From assembly GCA_965223705.1 (NCBI GenBank), contig OZ245015.1, positions 864,001 through 928,000 on the forward strand: DNA of 64,000 nucleotides, written 5' to 3'. The first letter of the stretch is position 1, and every line of letters begins with the position of its first letter. The stretch is from Myxococcota bacterium (GTDB lineage Bacteria > Myxococcota_A > UBA9160 > UBA6930). The position numbers and the translations under genes were made by a program. Shown in pieces: positions 28,158 through 38,309 of the stretch. A model generated the notes under the pieces. It saw only the letters and a list, made by a program, of their open reading frames with translations, was not told the origin of the DNA and made no database searches.

Positions 28158-31026
28158 TCCTCGCGACGTAGCCTCCCGAGGACAGCGCGTTCACCGCGCC
28201 CGCCGCGTCGCTGAGAGTCTCGTACGGCGACAAAACCACATCGAAGCGCTTCTCACCTTGCCATTCCCACGGGACGACGACACCGCTTCCGTCGGGGCCG
28301 GATACGGCTTCGGCGACATCGGACGCCTCGTCGCGATCGGTGTAGGTGCCGACCAACACCGCGAAAGGCCGCTCTCGATCGAGGGACAACCCTTCGAGCC
28401 GCGCGAGGTTCCGCTCGAAGCCCGCGCGCTGGCGTGCGGAATCGGCCAGTTGTTCGATATCCCCGCGGAGCGCCCGCGCCCGGACGGCTACGACGAACTG
28501 ATCGTCGACCTCCGTCGAAGTGGTCGAGCGGAACAAGAACCCGAGCAAGGGAATGTTCATCAGGAACGGAACGCCCGAAGCGGTCTCGATTTGTCGTTGG
28601 TCTTTCGCCAGCGCGACGATCGCGTACTCATCGCCGAACAATCGGATCGAGGTCTCGACGGCGCGCTGTGCGAGCGACGGACCGAGGTCTTGGTTGCCAC
28701 CCACGAGGGAGTTGATCACGGACGTCTGCTCGATCAGAAGATCGAGTCGCACCGAACCTTCTTCTCCGGTGTAGGGGGTGACCCGCAAGCGCAGGCCGAC
28801 GTCCTGCCGCTCGATGTCCTGGGTGGTTTGGAGTTGTGCGAGGTTTGCGCTCGCCTCGCTGCGCTCGACGGGTATGGGAACGTTTGCTCCGGCGAACAAC
28901 TCGTGCTCTTCACCCGCGACCATCAGCAGGTTCGGGCGCATGAGGACGCGTCCCCGAAGCTCTTGTTCATCCGCCGTGACGACGAACGATTCCCGCGGAA
29001 CCTGAACCGAAATCGGGACGCCCCCCGCCGTGACGATGGGAACCACTAGAGGTGCGCGCGTGAAGCGCACCGCACCGCGGGGCCCTCCGGGCGTACCGGG
29101 CCGGATGAGGCCGCCTCCAGACGGGTTGAGCAGCAGCGTTCCGAGAACGTCTTGCGCATCGGTCGGCCGCGAGATCGGAGTGAACGCGTCGAATCCGAGG
29201 GAGAGCTCTCCGGAGCTCGTGAGTTCGAACACCAAGACTTCGAGGCGAATGCGCGCCGGCGTGCGATCGAGCTCGGCGACGAGATCCGAGAGAGCGCGGA
29301 ACGTTTCGTCGTCGCTGCGGATGACCAGCGAGCGCGTCGGCGCATCCACCGTGACCTGAAAGTCTTCCCCTCGCAGGGCCGGACCGGCGTTCGCGAGAGC
29401 GCCGTCGCTCCCGCTTCCCGCGGCGATCGCCTCGAGCTCTTTCGCGATCTGTTCCGGATCTGCGGCGCGGAGCCGAAGCACGTGGAGGCTCCCCCCGCCG
29501 CGAACCGGTTGATCCAACCTCCGCAGGAAGTCGCGAACTTCAACGAGGCGCGTCGGGGTGGCGCGGACCAGCAAGGCGTTCGTTCGTTCGTCCGGGAAAA
29601 GTTCGGGCACATCGCGCGTTTCGTCGCGAAAACTTTCGTCGATCAGGTTCGCCGCGTCTGTCGCGTCCCGATGTCGCAGCCGAACGACGGCGAACTCGGT
29701 GCCCGATGACTCGTCGAGCGCCCGAATGATGGTGAGGATGCGGCGGAGCTGCCCCGCGCTCCCCGACAGGATCACGCTGTTGGTCGGGGGATAGGGCAGC
29801 ACGATCAACTGCGCGCCGAGCCAACCGCGAAGGGCGTCGACGACGTGCCTCGGAGAAACCGACCTCAGTTGAACGAGCGTCGTCACCGGCGCATAGCCCG
29901 AAAGGGAGTCCGCTTCTTCCCACGGGCCCGATGTCGTGCCGGCCTGGATCGGCAAGATCTTGTAAGCGCCGCCGGGTGTCAGGAGAGCGGCGTAACCGCG
30001 CATGAGGAGCGCCGCATGGAGCAACTCGAGGGCCTCGGCCCGTGTGATTCGCCCGCCGGCGGATACCGTGACCGCGCCTTGAAGGGAGTCGTAGATGAAG
30101 CGTTCGCCCGTGATCTCGGCGATCGCTTCTACGACCTCGACGAGCTCGGCATCTCGGAATTCGAGGGTGACGCCGGTTTCCGCGAGTCGCTCGCGTGCGA
30201 ACGCAACCGCCAGGATGGCCCCGCGCCGGGTGATCTCGGGCGGTTCCCGACCGGCGCGTTCGATGATGATCCGAACGGTCGGTTCCTCGATGTCGGCGCG
30301 TTCAAATACGCTTATCGAGGCGATTCCGCGCCCGATTTCGGGGGCGATGCGACCGGGGGCGCTCGGGTCGAGCGTCGTCCCCGGGAAATCGATGACGACG
30401 CTCGAAGCGGTTCCATCCTCGACTTCTGCAGTGACGCCGCGCTCAGCGAAGACGAGGATCCGCTCGAGCTCGTCTCCCGTTTCCAACTCGATCCCGTAGA
30501 TGCGTGTCGGTTTCGAGCTCGCGGAGACCGCGGGAAGCGCCGGCCTCGCTGTCTCGGGCGGACCGGCCGAAACCTGGGGAAGGGCGGACGTGGTCTCGAT
30601 TTCCCCCAGCACCACCACCCACCCCTCACCCGTGGGTTCGAGTCGCCAGCGACGAAACGGATCACGGGCGCTGCCCCCATCGACAACCACACGCGTGAAC
30701 TGGGCGTGTCGCCCGACGCGTACCCTTCGGGCCACGCTTCCGTCTCCCGAGACGCGCGTTCGTGTGACGCGGGTCTCGAGCTCGGGGAGATCGATGACGA
30801 GGCGCGTCGGATTCTTCAGCGCGAAGACGCGGGGTCGAGGGGGGAGGCCGTCGGTCTTGAGAATGATCCGCGGCTTGTCCGGAACGGCTCCGTCGATCGC
30901 AACGTCGACGAGCGCCGTGGCCTCGGTCATCACTTGCGCCTCGGCGACCCAAGGAGCCGCGAAGCAAAGCGCACAGGCGATGATCGCCGTCCGGATCAAA
31001 AAAACCCCCGAATGGGTGCATCCCAT
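28117..31026 (-). CDS. GspD-like secretin with N-terminal AMIN domain(s) and C-terminal SPOR-like domain
   Basis: NPTRLVIDLP..VRVG (AMIN); LEFRDAEL (N0); PTNSVIL, DERTNALLV, DAPTRSLVI (N1-N3); ERQDVGLRLRVTP and VPFLMNIPLLGFLFRS (secretin). Confidence 0.85.
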   Translation of the reverse strand: MGCTHSGVFLIRTAIIACALCFAAPWVAEAQVMTEATALVDVAIDGAVPDKPRIILKTDGLPPRPRVFALKNPTRLVIDLPELETRVTRTRVSGDGSVARRVRVGRHAQFTRVVVDGGSARDPFRRWRLEPTGEGWVVVLGEIETTSALPQVSAGPPETARPALPAVSASSKPTRIYGIELETGDELERILVFAERGVTAEVEDGTASSVVIDFPGTTLDPSAPGRIAPEIGRGIASISVFERADIEEPTVRIIIERAGREPPEITRRGAILAVAFARERLAETGVTLEFRDAELVEVVEAIAEITGERFIYDSLQGAVTVSAGGRITRAEALELLHAALLMRGYAALLTPGGAYKILPIQAGTTSGPWEEADSLSGYAPVTTLVQLRSVSPRHVVDALRGWLGAQLIVLPYPPTNSVILSGSAGQLRRILTIIRALDESSGTEFAVVRLRHRDATDAANLIDESFRDETRDVPELFPDERTNALLVRATPTRLVEVRDFLRRLDQPVRGGGSLHVLRLRAADPEQIAKELEAIAAGSGSDGALANAGPALRGEDFQVTVDAPTRSLVIRSDDETFRALSDLVAELDRTPARIRLEVLVFELTSSGELSLGFDAFTPISRPTDAQDVLGTLLLNPSGGGLIRPGTPGGPRGAVRFTRAPLVVPIVTAGGVPISVQVPRESFVVTADEQELRGRVLMRPNLLMVAGEEHELFAGANVPIPVERSEASANLAQLQTTQDIERQDVGLRLRVTPYTGEEGSVRLDLLIEQTSVINSLVGGNQDLGPSLAQRAVETSIRLFGDEYAIVALAKDQRQIETASGVPFLMNIPLLGFLFRSTTSTEVDDQFVVAVRARALRGDIEQLADSARQRAGFERNLARLEGLSLDRERPFAVLVGTYTDRDEASDVAEAVSGPDGSGVVVPWEWQGEKRFDVVLSPYETLSDAAGAVNALSSGGYVARIIAKPEVPANAAP

Positions 31027-31092
31027 TCGGGGGCGAGGTTACCGGGCTCGACTACGAGGGCCCAGTCTCATCCGTCACAAACGCTCGAGCTT

Positions 31093-31860
31093 TCAGTCCT
31101 TGCCGAAACCGGGAAGCGAAAAGGAGAAGAAACGCACTTCCATGCCGGTCGTGATCTCGCTCGAATCGAGCTCGAGCTCATAGGTGCCAAATGAGGTCGG
31201 CCCGTTCAGCAAGTCGACTTCGAGATCGCCGAGATCGACCTTCCGGTAGCCCAGGGACCAAGTGACGTTGCGCGTCAGGTCGTAGCTCAGACCGACGCCC
31301 CAGTGAGTTGCAGATTCCGAGGTGCTGTCGCTTCCGGACGAGATGTTGTCCGTCGTCTGGATGTCGATGTCCGCCCAGCCGATGCCCCCACCACCGTAGA
31401 GACGCAACGGCTCGAGCACCGGGACGCGGCCGAAAATCCACGACACGGGTTCGTGTACGGGCACCTCGAGCCAGACACTCGGCATGATCGTGTCCGCTTC
31501 CACTTCGGTAAAGAAGCCGTCGCCGCCAGCGGTCCGGAACTCGTAGTCGCGGCCCCACGTGCCTTCGAGCTCGAGCCGCACGCGCCAGCTCGGGACCGGG
31601 ACGCGATCGATCTTGGTCAGCGCCTCTTCAAGCGTGAACGCGAGGCCGACCGCGCCGCCGTACGCGGGAGATTGGTCGTCGTCATCTCCGGTGAGCGGGA
31701 AAAACGTGGTCTGCCCCGAGGACGAGCCTTCGCCGTCCGAGACAAAGACGTTGCCTTTGCCGTACAGGTCCACCGAATAGGTCGGGCTCGATGCGAAGAC
31801 CAGCAGGCCGAACATCAAGACGACGGGAACAAGCGGCAAGTTCAAATGGGGGCGCGCCAT
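31093..31860 (-). CDS. Small outer-membrane beta-barrel protein (OmpA-TM/opacity-like)
   Basis: Signal peptide; RLELEG, LYGGGGIG, WGVGLSYD...LGYR..DLG amphipathic strands. Confidence 0.75.
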   Translation of the reverse strand: MARPHLNLPLVPVVLMFGLLVFASSPTYSVDLYGKGNVFVSDGEGSSSGQTTFFPLTGDDDDQSPAYGGAVGLAFTLEEALTKIDRVPVPSWRVRLELEGTWGRDYEFRTAGGDGFFTEVEADTIMPSVWLEVPVHEPVSWIFGRVPVLEPLRLYGGGGIGWADIDIQTTDNISSGSDSTSESATHWGVGLSYDLTRNVTWSLGYRKVDLGDLEVDLLNGPTSFGTYELELDSSEITTGMEVRFFSFSLPGFGKD

Positions 31861-32002
31861 GGCTTCTCCTCAAACGGCCGATCGGGACCGGCAACGGTTC
31901 GGCAGCTCGGGACTCCCGACAGGAGGTCGCGCGCTGCATAGAGCACATCGTTCTGTGACTTCGAACCCCGTGTGACGAAACTCACGCGCCGAATCGTGAC
32001 CG

Positions 32003-32491
32003 ATGCCGCTCCAACGCTGGATGTCGGATCACAACCATGCCCCCGCCTGGCTGTTCGCGTTTGTCGACCTGGCCTTTCTGCTCATCATCGCCATGACGCA
32101 AGTCGGTGTGGACGACGCGGCTCCGGACTTCGGCGAGATCTCCGTGCCGAAGATTCGGACGGATTCTGCCGATGCGTTGCCGGCCCGTTTTCACAACCGC
32201 TGGCAATTGCGCGTGCACCCGCCCGCTGCCTTCCGCTCGAAACCGTTCGAACTTTCGCGCAACGACGACGCAAGCGTCGGCCCCAAACCATCGGATCGGC
32301 TGGAGCTCGGCGAGCTCGAACGTCGCCTGACAGCGATGAAAGCGTCCGGTGAGGGGCGCCCCCTCCTGGCGCCGCACGAGGATTCGCTCAGCCAAGACCT
32401 ACTCGCTGCCGCTAACGCCATCGAGAGCACGTGGCCGCGTCGGCGGCGAGTCGCCGTCATTCCTCTGGCGGCCGAGGTGGCGAAGCGATGA
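32003..32491 (+). CDS. ExbD/TolR (MotB-like TM) single-pass membrane protein
   Basis: N-terminal WLFAFVDLAFLLII with the conserved Asp, then a small periplasmic domain (LLAPHEDSLSQDL). Confidence 0.65.
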   Translation: MPLQRWMSDHNHAPAWLFAFVDLAFLLIIAMTQVGVDDAAPDFGEISVPKIRTDSADALPARFHNRWQLRVHPPAAFRSKPFELSRNDDASVGPKPSDRLELGELERRLTAMKASGEGRPLLAPHEDSLSQDLLAAANAIESTWPRRRRVAVIPLAAEVAKR

Positions 32492-32528
32492 ACGAATCCC
32501 ATCCCGTGGGCGTTTCGGGCGACTCGCA

Positions 32529-33917
32529 ATGAGCCGACCTCACTGGCTCGTATCCCGCCGCTACGGTTACGGGTCCTACGAAGTTCGGGTCGCACCGCGA
32601 CTCGCGCGACGTGCGCCGAAACTTCCGCATCTCGGCCCCGGGGCCCCGATCGGAGCTCTGACGAGCCTCGCTCTTTTTGCCGCCGGGCTGTTCTCGATCG
32701 TGCCCCGGGACACGGACGAGAGCGATGTCGAGATCGTGTGGTTGTCCGAGGATCCGCAACTCGAGCTTCCGCCGGTTCCGGAACCGGTTTTCGAGGCCGA
32801 CCCCCCCGAAGAAATCGCGGAGGAGGCGCCTTCGCCGGAAGAGGTGCCGGTCGAAGTTGCCGCCGTTGTGCCGCCGCCCGAAGAGAAACTGCCGGAGCCT
32901 CCGGTGGTTGCGGAAGTGGCGCAGAAGCCAACGTCCCAACCGAAACCGAAACCCGTGACGAAGCCGCAACCGACGCGACGCGTGAGCCCGCCGCCGAAGC
33001 GAACCCACATCGCCGCAAAGCCCAAACCCGCCGTACGTCCGAAGGTTCGGCGCGCCGCGCCGAAGCCCCCCGTGCGGATCGCGAAGAAAGCGCCGACCCG
33101 ACCGCCCGGTGATCTCGGCGCGATTCCGACGCCTCTGGTGGATGAACGCCTAGCGACGGAAACCGTAGGCACCGCCCGAGCCGGTCGGTCGACCCGCCCG
33201 CCGGCGAAAGAGAACCCCTTTGCCGGTCCGGCGACCCCGATGCCGGACCTGTCGGCGCCGACCTTCGATGCCCCCGACGCGGGTAACGCCTCGACGAAAC
33301 TGGCGAGCACACGCCAAGCGCGTGCGTCGGCGAAGAAGGCGCGCCGGCCGAGTGCACGCGAGCGAAGTGCGGCCCAAGCCGCGCTTGCGGTTCCGGCGGC
33401 ACCCCTTCGCGAGGAATCCGCGGCGCCCGAGGAACCCGTCCGCGTGGCGAGATCGAATCGCGCGAGCGCGCCGCGTGCAGAAAACCCTTCCCGCGCACGC
33501 AGCGCGAATCCGATTGAGCTCGAGGTCCCCGAGGCTCGCGAACCCGTACTCCGCGAAACTGCCGCCGCAGCGGCTCCGACGAAGTCGGTGCGCACGAAGG
33601 CGCCGCGGCCGTCGGCTCGAAGTTCTCGGACAACGCGTCCTGTGGCGCGCCGCACGCGTAGCGACCTCGTCGGCGTACCCCTCGCTTCGCTCGCCACGTG
33701 CCACTCGGATCGGGAAGAAGATCGCCTGAAGCTTGCCGTCATCGCCGCGAGCGCGGGTCGCACGTCCTGTGAAAACGACGCGGGCGTCTTTCATCTGGTC
33801 GAAGCCAAAAACCTGAACGCGTTCTTGCTCTCGATTGAGGGCGCGCGCGACCGAAAGCTCGACGATCGCTGCACGGAGCTCGTGAACGTGATCCAGTGCC
33901 TTCAGGAAGACCGCTAA
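32529..33917 (+). CDS. TonB/TolA-like protein: TM anchor, long Pro/Glu/Lys/Ala-rich linker, small Cys-containing C-terminal domain
   Basis: TM LTSLALFAAGLFSIV; PEP/PKP-rich linker; C-terminal ~90 aa with four Cys. Confidence 0.65.
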   Translation: MSRPHWLVSRRYGYGSYEVRVAPRLARRAPKLPHLGPGAPIGALTSLALFAAGLFSIVPRDTDESDVEIVWLSEDPQLELPPVPEPVFEADPPEEIAEEAPSPEEVPVEVAAVVPPPEEKLPEPPVVAEVAQKPTSQPKPKPVTKPQPTRRVSPPPKRTHIAAKPKPAVRPKVRRAAPKPPVRIAKKAPTRPPGDLGAIPTPLVDERLATETVGTARAGRSTRPPAKENPFAGPATPMPDLSAPTFDAPDAGNASTKLASTRQARASAKKARRPSARERSAAQAALAVPAAPLREESAAPEEPVRVARSNRASAPRAENPSRARSANPIELEVPEAREPVLRETAAAAAPTKSVRTKAPRPSARSSRTTRPVARRTRSDLVGVPLASLATCHSDREEDRLKLAVIAASAGRTSCENDAGVFHLVEAKNLNAFLLSIEGARDRKLDDRCTELVNVIQCLQEDR

Positions 33918-33926
33918 GGAGAGTCT

Positions 33927-35960
33927 ATGTCTACGAGAATCGCCGCTCTCGTCGCCATGATGACCGTCGCCCTCGTCGGAACGGAAGCGTTCGCGAAGAG
34001 TCAGAAAGACTGGCGAGGTTACCTCGACTACGCCTACGTCTACTCATCGGCGGACGCCGCAGGGCTCGCAAAGCGAATCGAGACGTACGGCACCACGACG
34101 GGGCAGGATCTCGAGAGCTATGTCAGCCGGAAATGGAAGCCCAAGAAAGAGAGCGACGTCCAGGCGATTGAAGCCACGTATCGTCGGAAGGCGATCGGAC
34201 ATCTGCTCCTCTATCTGGCTTACGACGACGGAAGGCACCTGGGACTCGCCGTCGATACGATCCAGAAGCTGCGCAACCGACTCGGCCGCTACGAAAATCG
34301 CTACTGGTTTCACTACATCCGAGCGCATCAGCATCTCGAGCGTCGCCATCACCACGATTTTACCGGTGAGGTGCTCGATCTCTGGTTCAACGTGATCGTG
34401 CCCCTGGAGACTCCGTACGAGACGCTCCAAACGCTCTCGCTCGACGATTCGCCGAACTCCGGTTTCGCCGCGGCCCTGCCCTATCTCTATGAGAACGTGT
34501 CGCGGATGGTTCTCCTTCGAGCTCGTGAGAAGGGGATCGACGACGGACTCGATCCGCTGGGCGCGATCCTGCGCTTGCTCGGCGACGGTCGGATTGGCGC
34601 TTACCCCGAAGTCATTCCCATCAAAGCTTCCTCGCGGGCGTACCTCGATCGCATTCTCACCCGTCTGGAAGGACCCGAGTCGGACGCCGGAAGCTTGACG
34701 TTCACGTACGCCTTGATGAAAGCGGGCCGCATTCACGAACGCGCGCGCCGCAACATCGCTGAACGCGGACTCAGCGAAGAGACCATCGCGTCGATCGCGG
34801 AAGCGAGTCGCGCCTACCAACTGACGTACGAGCGCGCCGATACCGAGCAGGGCCGTTGCGCGGTCTACACCCGCGCACTCCGCCAGATCGGCGAGGTCTA
34901 CGCCGCCAAGCAACGACTCGGTGTCGATCCGCAGATCGATATTCCATTCGATCTCGACGGCGCGATTGAAACCTACGAGAACTTGCACAACACCAAGGCC
35001 AAGCGTTGGGCCGTTCTCGGCTATGCGCGAAACGGACGCGAAGCCTACTACAACGCGATGCGCGGCCTGTGGGAAGAGATCCAGGAAGCGACGCTCAACG
35101 TCGCCGATTACCACCTGACCCAGGCGGAAGCCGATGACTACTACGCCGAGGATCACGCGCGCGACGCTTTAGCGCTCTACAACCGCTATCTCGGATTCTT
35201 CAACGCCTACGCCGACGGGACAGACGGCAAAGGTGTTCCCGACTCGGCGTACTTCGCGGCGCACGAGGCGGCGAAGGGTATAGGCGACGGTTTCCTCGTC
35301 TACGCCCCGTACCCGACCACCGAAGAAATCGACCTCGCGATCCGCCGCTACCAGAGCGCACTACGCATTTTTCCGTTCGATCGGAACGTATGGTCAGCTC
35401 TCGCGACCGCATTGGAGCGACAGGGGCGAGAAGGGGAGTTCGCCGACCTGGCCCGGCCGGCGGCGGACGCGGTGATTCGCTCATCCGTCGTCGAAACCTG
35501 GGTTTCGCAGCGGCGCCCTGAAGCGGCGCGCATCGAAAAACTGCGGCGCTCCTTGGGCGATAGCCAAGCGCTGATGTATCTGGGATTTGCCGAGGCCGAC
35601 GACGTCGGCAATCTCGAAGGTCGGCTCGAAGAGCTGAAACGGCAGCACAAGGAAGTGACCACCTCGCTGCGACGTCTCAAAGCGCAGAAGAAGCGCAGCG
35701 CTTCCGTGCCGGCGTCCCAGGGCGCCGACGTGGATTCGCTCCTGTCGTCTCTCGAGAACGACGCTATCGATCGCGAGATCGCCGGGCTTGAAGCTGCGGC
35801 CGAGCGGCTTTCCAAGCGGATCAACGCGCGTTCTCGCACCTTGCCGAAGTATCGCGCTGCACTGGACAGTGACGGGATGTCCAACGATCTCCGTTCAAGG
35901 CGAGATCACCCCGTGCATTCGCTACTCCGTCACATGTATCACGAACACGACGGTGAGTAG
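33927..35960 (+). CDS. Large secreted alpha-helical (TPR-like) protein with C-terminal coiled coil
   Basis: AAGGAG SD, signal peptide ending AFA, Tyr-rich helices (AIRRYQSALRIFPFDRNVWSALA), heptad-rich C-terminus. Confidence 0.8.
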   Translation: MSTRIAALVAMMTVALVGTEAFAKSQKDWRGYLDYAYVYSSADAAGLAKRIETYGTTTGQDLESYVSRKWKPKKESDVQAIEATYRRKAIGHLLLYLAYDDGRHLGLAVDTIQKLRNRLGRYENRYWFHYIRAHQHLERRHHHDFTGEVLDLWFNVIVPLETPYETLQTLSLDDSPNSGFAAALPYLYENVSRMVLLRAREKGIDDGLDPLGAILRLLGDGRIGAYPEVIPIKASSRAYLDRILTRLEGPESDAGSLTFTYALMKAGRIHERARRNIAERGLSEETIASIAEASRAYQLTYERADTEQGRCAVYTRALRQIGEVYAAKQRLGVDPQIDIPFDLDGAIETYENLHNTKAKRWAVLGYARNGREAYYNAMRGLWEEIQEATLNVADYHLTQAEADDYYAEDHARDALALYNRYLGFFNAYADGTDGKGVPDSAYFAAHEAAKGIGDGFLVYAPYPTTEEIDLAIRRYQSALRIFPFDRNVWSALATALERQGREGEFADLARPAADAVIRSSVVETWVSQRRPEAARIEKLRRSLGDSQALMYLGFAEADDVGNLEGRLEELKRQHKEVTTSLRRLKAQKKRSASVPASQGADVDSLLSSLENDAIDREIAGLEAAAERLSKRINARSRTLPKYRAALDSDGMSNDLRSRRDHPVHSLLRHMYHEHDGE

Positions 35961-35970
35961 GAGTCGCCCG

Positions 35971-36516
35971 ATGTTTGCAAGAGGCCAGAAGATCGTGATG
36001 AGCGGGGTGCTCGCCGTCGCGTTGTCCGCGTGCGGCGGTCCGAACTACCGCGTGCCCGAAGATTTCGCCGCTGCTCCCGAAGCTGCCGAAGAAGAAGAGC
36101 TGCCGCTTCGGGGAGACGAACTCGCCCAGCGAAAACTCTCGCTCGCGCGGGCCTACAGCGACATGGAGCACTTCCACGACACGCTGGTGAGCCTTCGCTA
36201 TCGAAAGAACCGGAACGGCACGATCCTGTTCGTGAGCTTCCTCGAATCGTACATGGCGACGTTCCTGGATCCGCTCCTCGCGAATCGGTGGCAGGCGAGC
36301 CACCCGGATATGCAGCGCCTCGATGCGAACGTGCGCTTTGCACAGACCGAACTCCTGCGTCAGATGCGCGACGGTCGTCGCGTGCGCCGCAACATCAAAG
36401 ACATCAAGCGACTGTACAAAGACAGCGACGGGTTAGTGATCGACTACCCCTACGGAGAAAAAACACCCCTGGGCGAGAGCCTCGTCATTTTGCGCAAGGG
36501 CAAGGCCCGTAGCTAA
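35971..36516 (+). CDS. Hypothetical lipoprotein
   Basis: AGGAG SD, lipobox LSAC, in operon. Confidence 0.75.
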   Translation: MFARGQKIVMSGVLAVALSACGGPNYRVPEDFAAAPEAAEEEELPLRGDELAQRKLSLARAYSDMEHFHDTLVSLRYRKNRNGTILFVSFLESYMATFLDPLLANRWQASHPDMQRLDANVRFAQTELLRQMRDGRRVRRNIKDIKRLYKDSDGLVIDYPYGEKTPLGESLVILRKGKARS

Positions 36517-36525
36517 GGAGCCATC

Positions 36526-37092
36526 ATGTTCGGAGAAACCTCGGTTACGTTGACAGTCACGGTGATCGCGCTCGCTGCGGTCTGGATTCCCTTCTATCGC
36601 GGTCTCAAGCTCTGCCGTGCCGCGAGCGTCGCAACGCGAAAGCTGCGGCGCGAGGAAATCGACGCCCATCTGCGTCAGGGTGGCGGAACGTCGGAACCGA
36701 TCTCCGTCCAGCTTCTTCAGCTGATCCGCAAAGCCTTGCACGAAAACCGAGAAGGTCAGCCGGCGGATTTCATCGTCGACGCGAGCCGTCAATACGTGAC
36801 GAGTGAGTGGGACGCCCTCTATGCGAAGCCGATCTCGATGTACGCGAACGTGCTTCCGCCGATTGGCTTCATCGGAACCACAGGCGGCTTGCTCGTGCTG
36901 TTTCTCTCGATGCGCGTCGCGAACGACACGCTGGAGCTCGGCGCTTTGGCCGTCGCGTTGATGTCGAGCCTATTCGCGTTGGTCGGCTTTACGGTTCTCG
37001 AAGGCCTCAAGATCCGGCTGTACGGCCGGATGGTCTCGGGAATCGACGAAGCGATCGCCTACTATCGGGTGCGCACGGCGGGCCGTTCCTAG
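36526..37092 (+). CDS. MotA/TolQ/ExbB proton-channel family protein
   Basis: Three TM segments; ANVLPPIGFIGTTGGL and ALAVALMSSLFAL match the family TM2/TM3 pattern. Confidence 0.85.
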   Translation: MFGETSVTLTVTVIALAAVWIPFYRGLKLCRAASVATRKLRREEIDAHLRQGGGTSEPISVQLLQLIRKALHENREGQPADFIVDASRQYVTSEWDALYAKPISMYANVLPPIGFIGTTGGLLVLFLSMRVANDTLELGALAVALMSSLFALVGFTVLEGLKIRLYGRMVSGIDEAIAYYRVRTAGRS

Positions 37093-37318
37093 ATCGGGGC
37101 TCGACCCAGAGTTTCGCGGGCGCGCCCATGCGAGGCGCCCCCGTGCGAGGAGATGGGCGGAGCCAGGGTTGCCCCCAATGTGCGTGCCTTACGCGTTTAT
37201 CATCAACCCCGACTCCGCCCAAAATTGACGAGCGAAGCCCAAGCCAGATTCGATACCTGAAGCGGCTCGCCGGGCAGAACCCGGCGAGCGCCGCAGAACG
37301 AAAACCGTCTGTACGGGG

Positions 37319-38050
37319 TTAGACGTCGAGGCCGCGAAGTCGTTCCATCGCGTAGATCAAGAGTTCGGCCTCGATCTCCGCGGAGGTTCCTTCGAAGACC
37401 ACGCCCATTCCCACGGGAAGATTCCGGCGTAGGAAGGTGCCCGGCACATTGGTCATCGTGACCCGGGCTTTGAGCTTGATTTCTCGGCTGCCCACACGCA
37501 CCGGCACGACGACCTGAGCGTTGCGCGGTGAGGGGTTCGGAAGCTGCAAGAACGCGCCTCCCGGAGAGATCGTGTAGATCTGCGCCTTCTTCTTGCGGCG
37601 CCCTTGCGCCACTTCGCCGCGCCAATTGGCCGGAGCGCGGAGCGCGCCCCGGGTGCGTCGGGGGGGCTCGCCCTGCGCCAACGCGCGATTGATCTGGAAG
37701 CGCAGCGTCGATTCGTCGAGAGGCGTCCAGAGCGCGAGCTCTACGCCAGACGTGCGCAGGCGGGTGTTTTCCTCCGCGATGTCGACTTCCGGACGCCGGC
37801 CGGTCACGAGGACCGGAACCGGATGCTCGCCTTTGATCGAGAGGACCGCATTGCGCAGGTTCAACGTGGGTAGGTCCGGGGGGATAATGAGTGCGCCCAC
37901 TTTCGGGCCGGCCATCATCATGATGCGGCGGGCCTCGTCAGGCGTTTTCGCGCCGAGGACCCGGTATCCCAGTCGCCGAAGCCAGGCGACGATCTCGCGC
38001 ATCGGGCTGCCGTTGACTCCTACGGCGACAATGTCTCTGTTTGCACTCAT
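37319..38050 (-). CDS. Degenerate receiver domain + PilZ domain protein
   Basis: REC-like N-terminus; RGALR...TISPGGAFL...GMGVVF PilZ pattern. Confidence 0.7.
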   Translation of the reverse strand: MSANRDIVAVGVNGSPMREIVAWLRRLGYRVLGAKTPDEARRIMMMAGPKVGALIIPPDLPTLNLRNAVLSIKGEHPVPVLVTGRRPEVDIAEENTRLRTSGVELALWTPLDESTLRFQINRALAQGEPPRRTRGALRAPANWRGEVAQGRRKKKAQIYTISPGGAFLQLPNPSPRNAQVVVPVRVGSREIKLKARVTMTNVPGTFLRRNLPVGMGVVFEGTSAEIEAELLIYAMERLRGLDV

Positions 38051-38309
38051 GCTGCCCTCCACTCCTCACTCGGTTGTGTGGGGCTTATCGTGCGGGTCTT
38101 TTGGGGGATGCGTGATCGACGTCACGCCAGCGACGGGGCCACGATACGCAACGATCTCCTCCAAGGGGCCGATCTTTCTCGAGATTTCGATTCGCGACCG
38201 CGATCACCAAAATTTTGTGACGAGTTCGTTCATACGACCCGAGCCCCTTCGGGACGCGTCCGTGAAACGCGACGTTCAGTCGGCGGTATGATGCGCGCGG
38301 AGGCCTTGC

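Noticed and set aside
28117..31026. A complete type II secretion system
   Set aside because: No GspE ATPase, GspF platform or pseudopilin genes are in the window; only the secretin is present.
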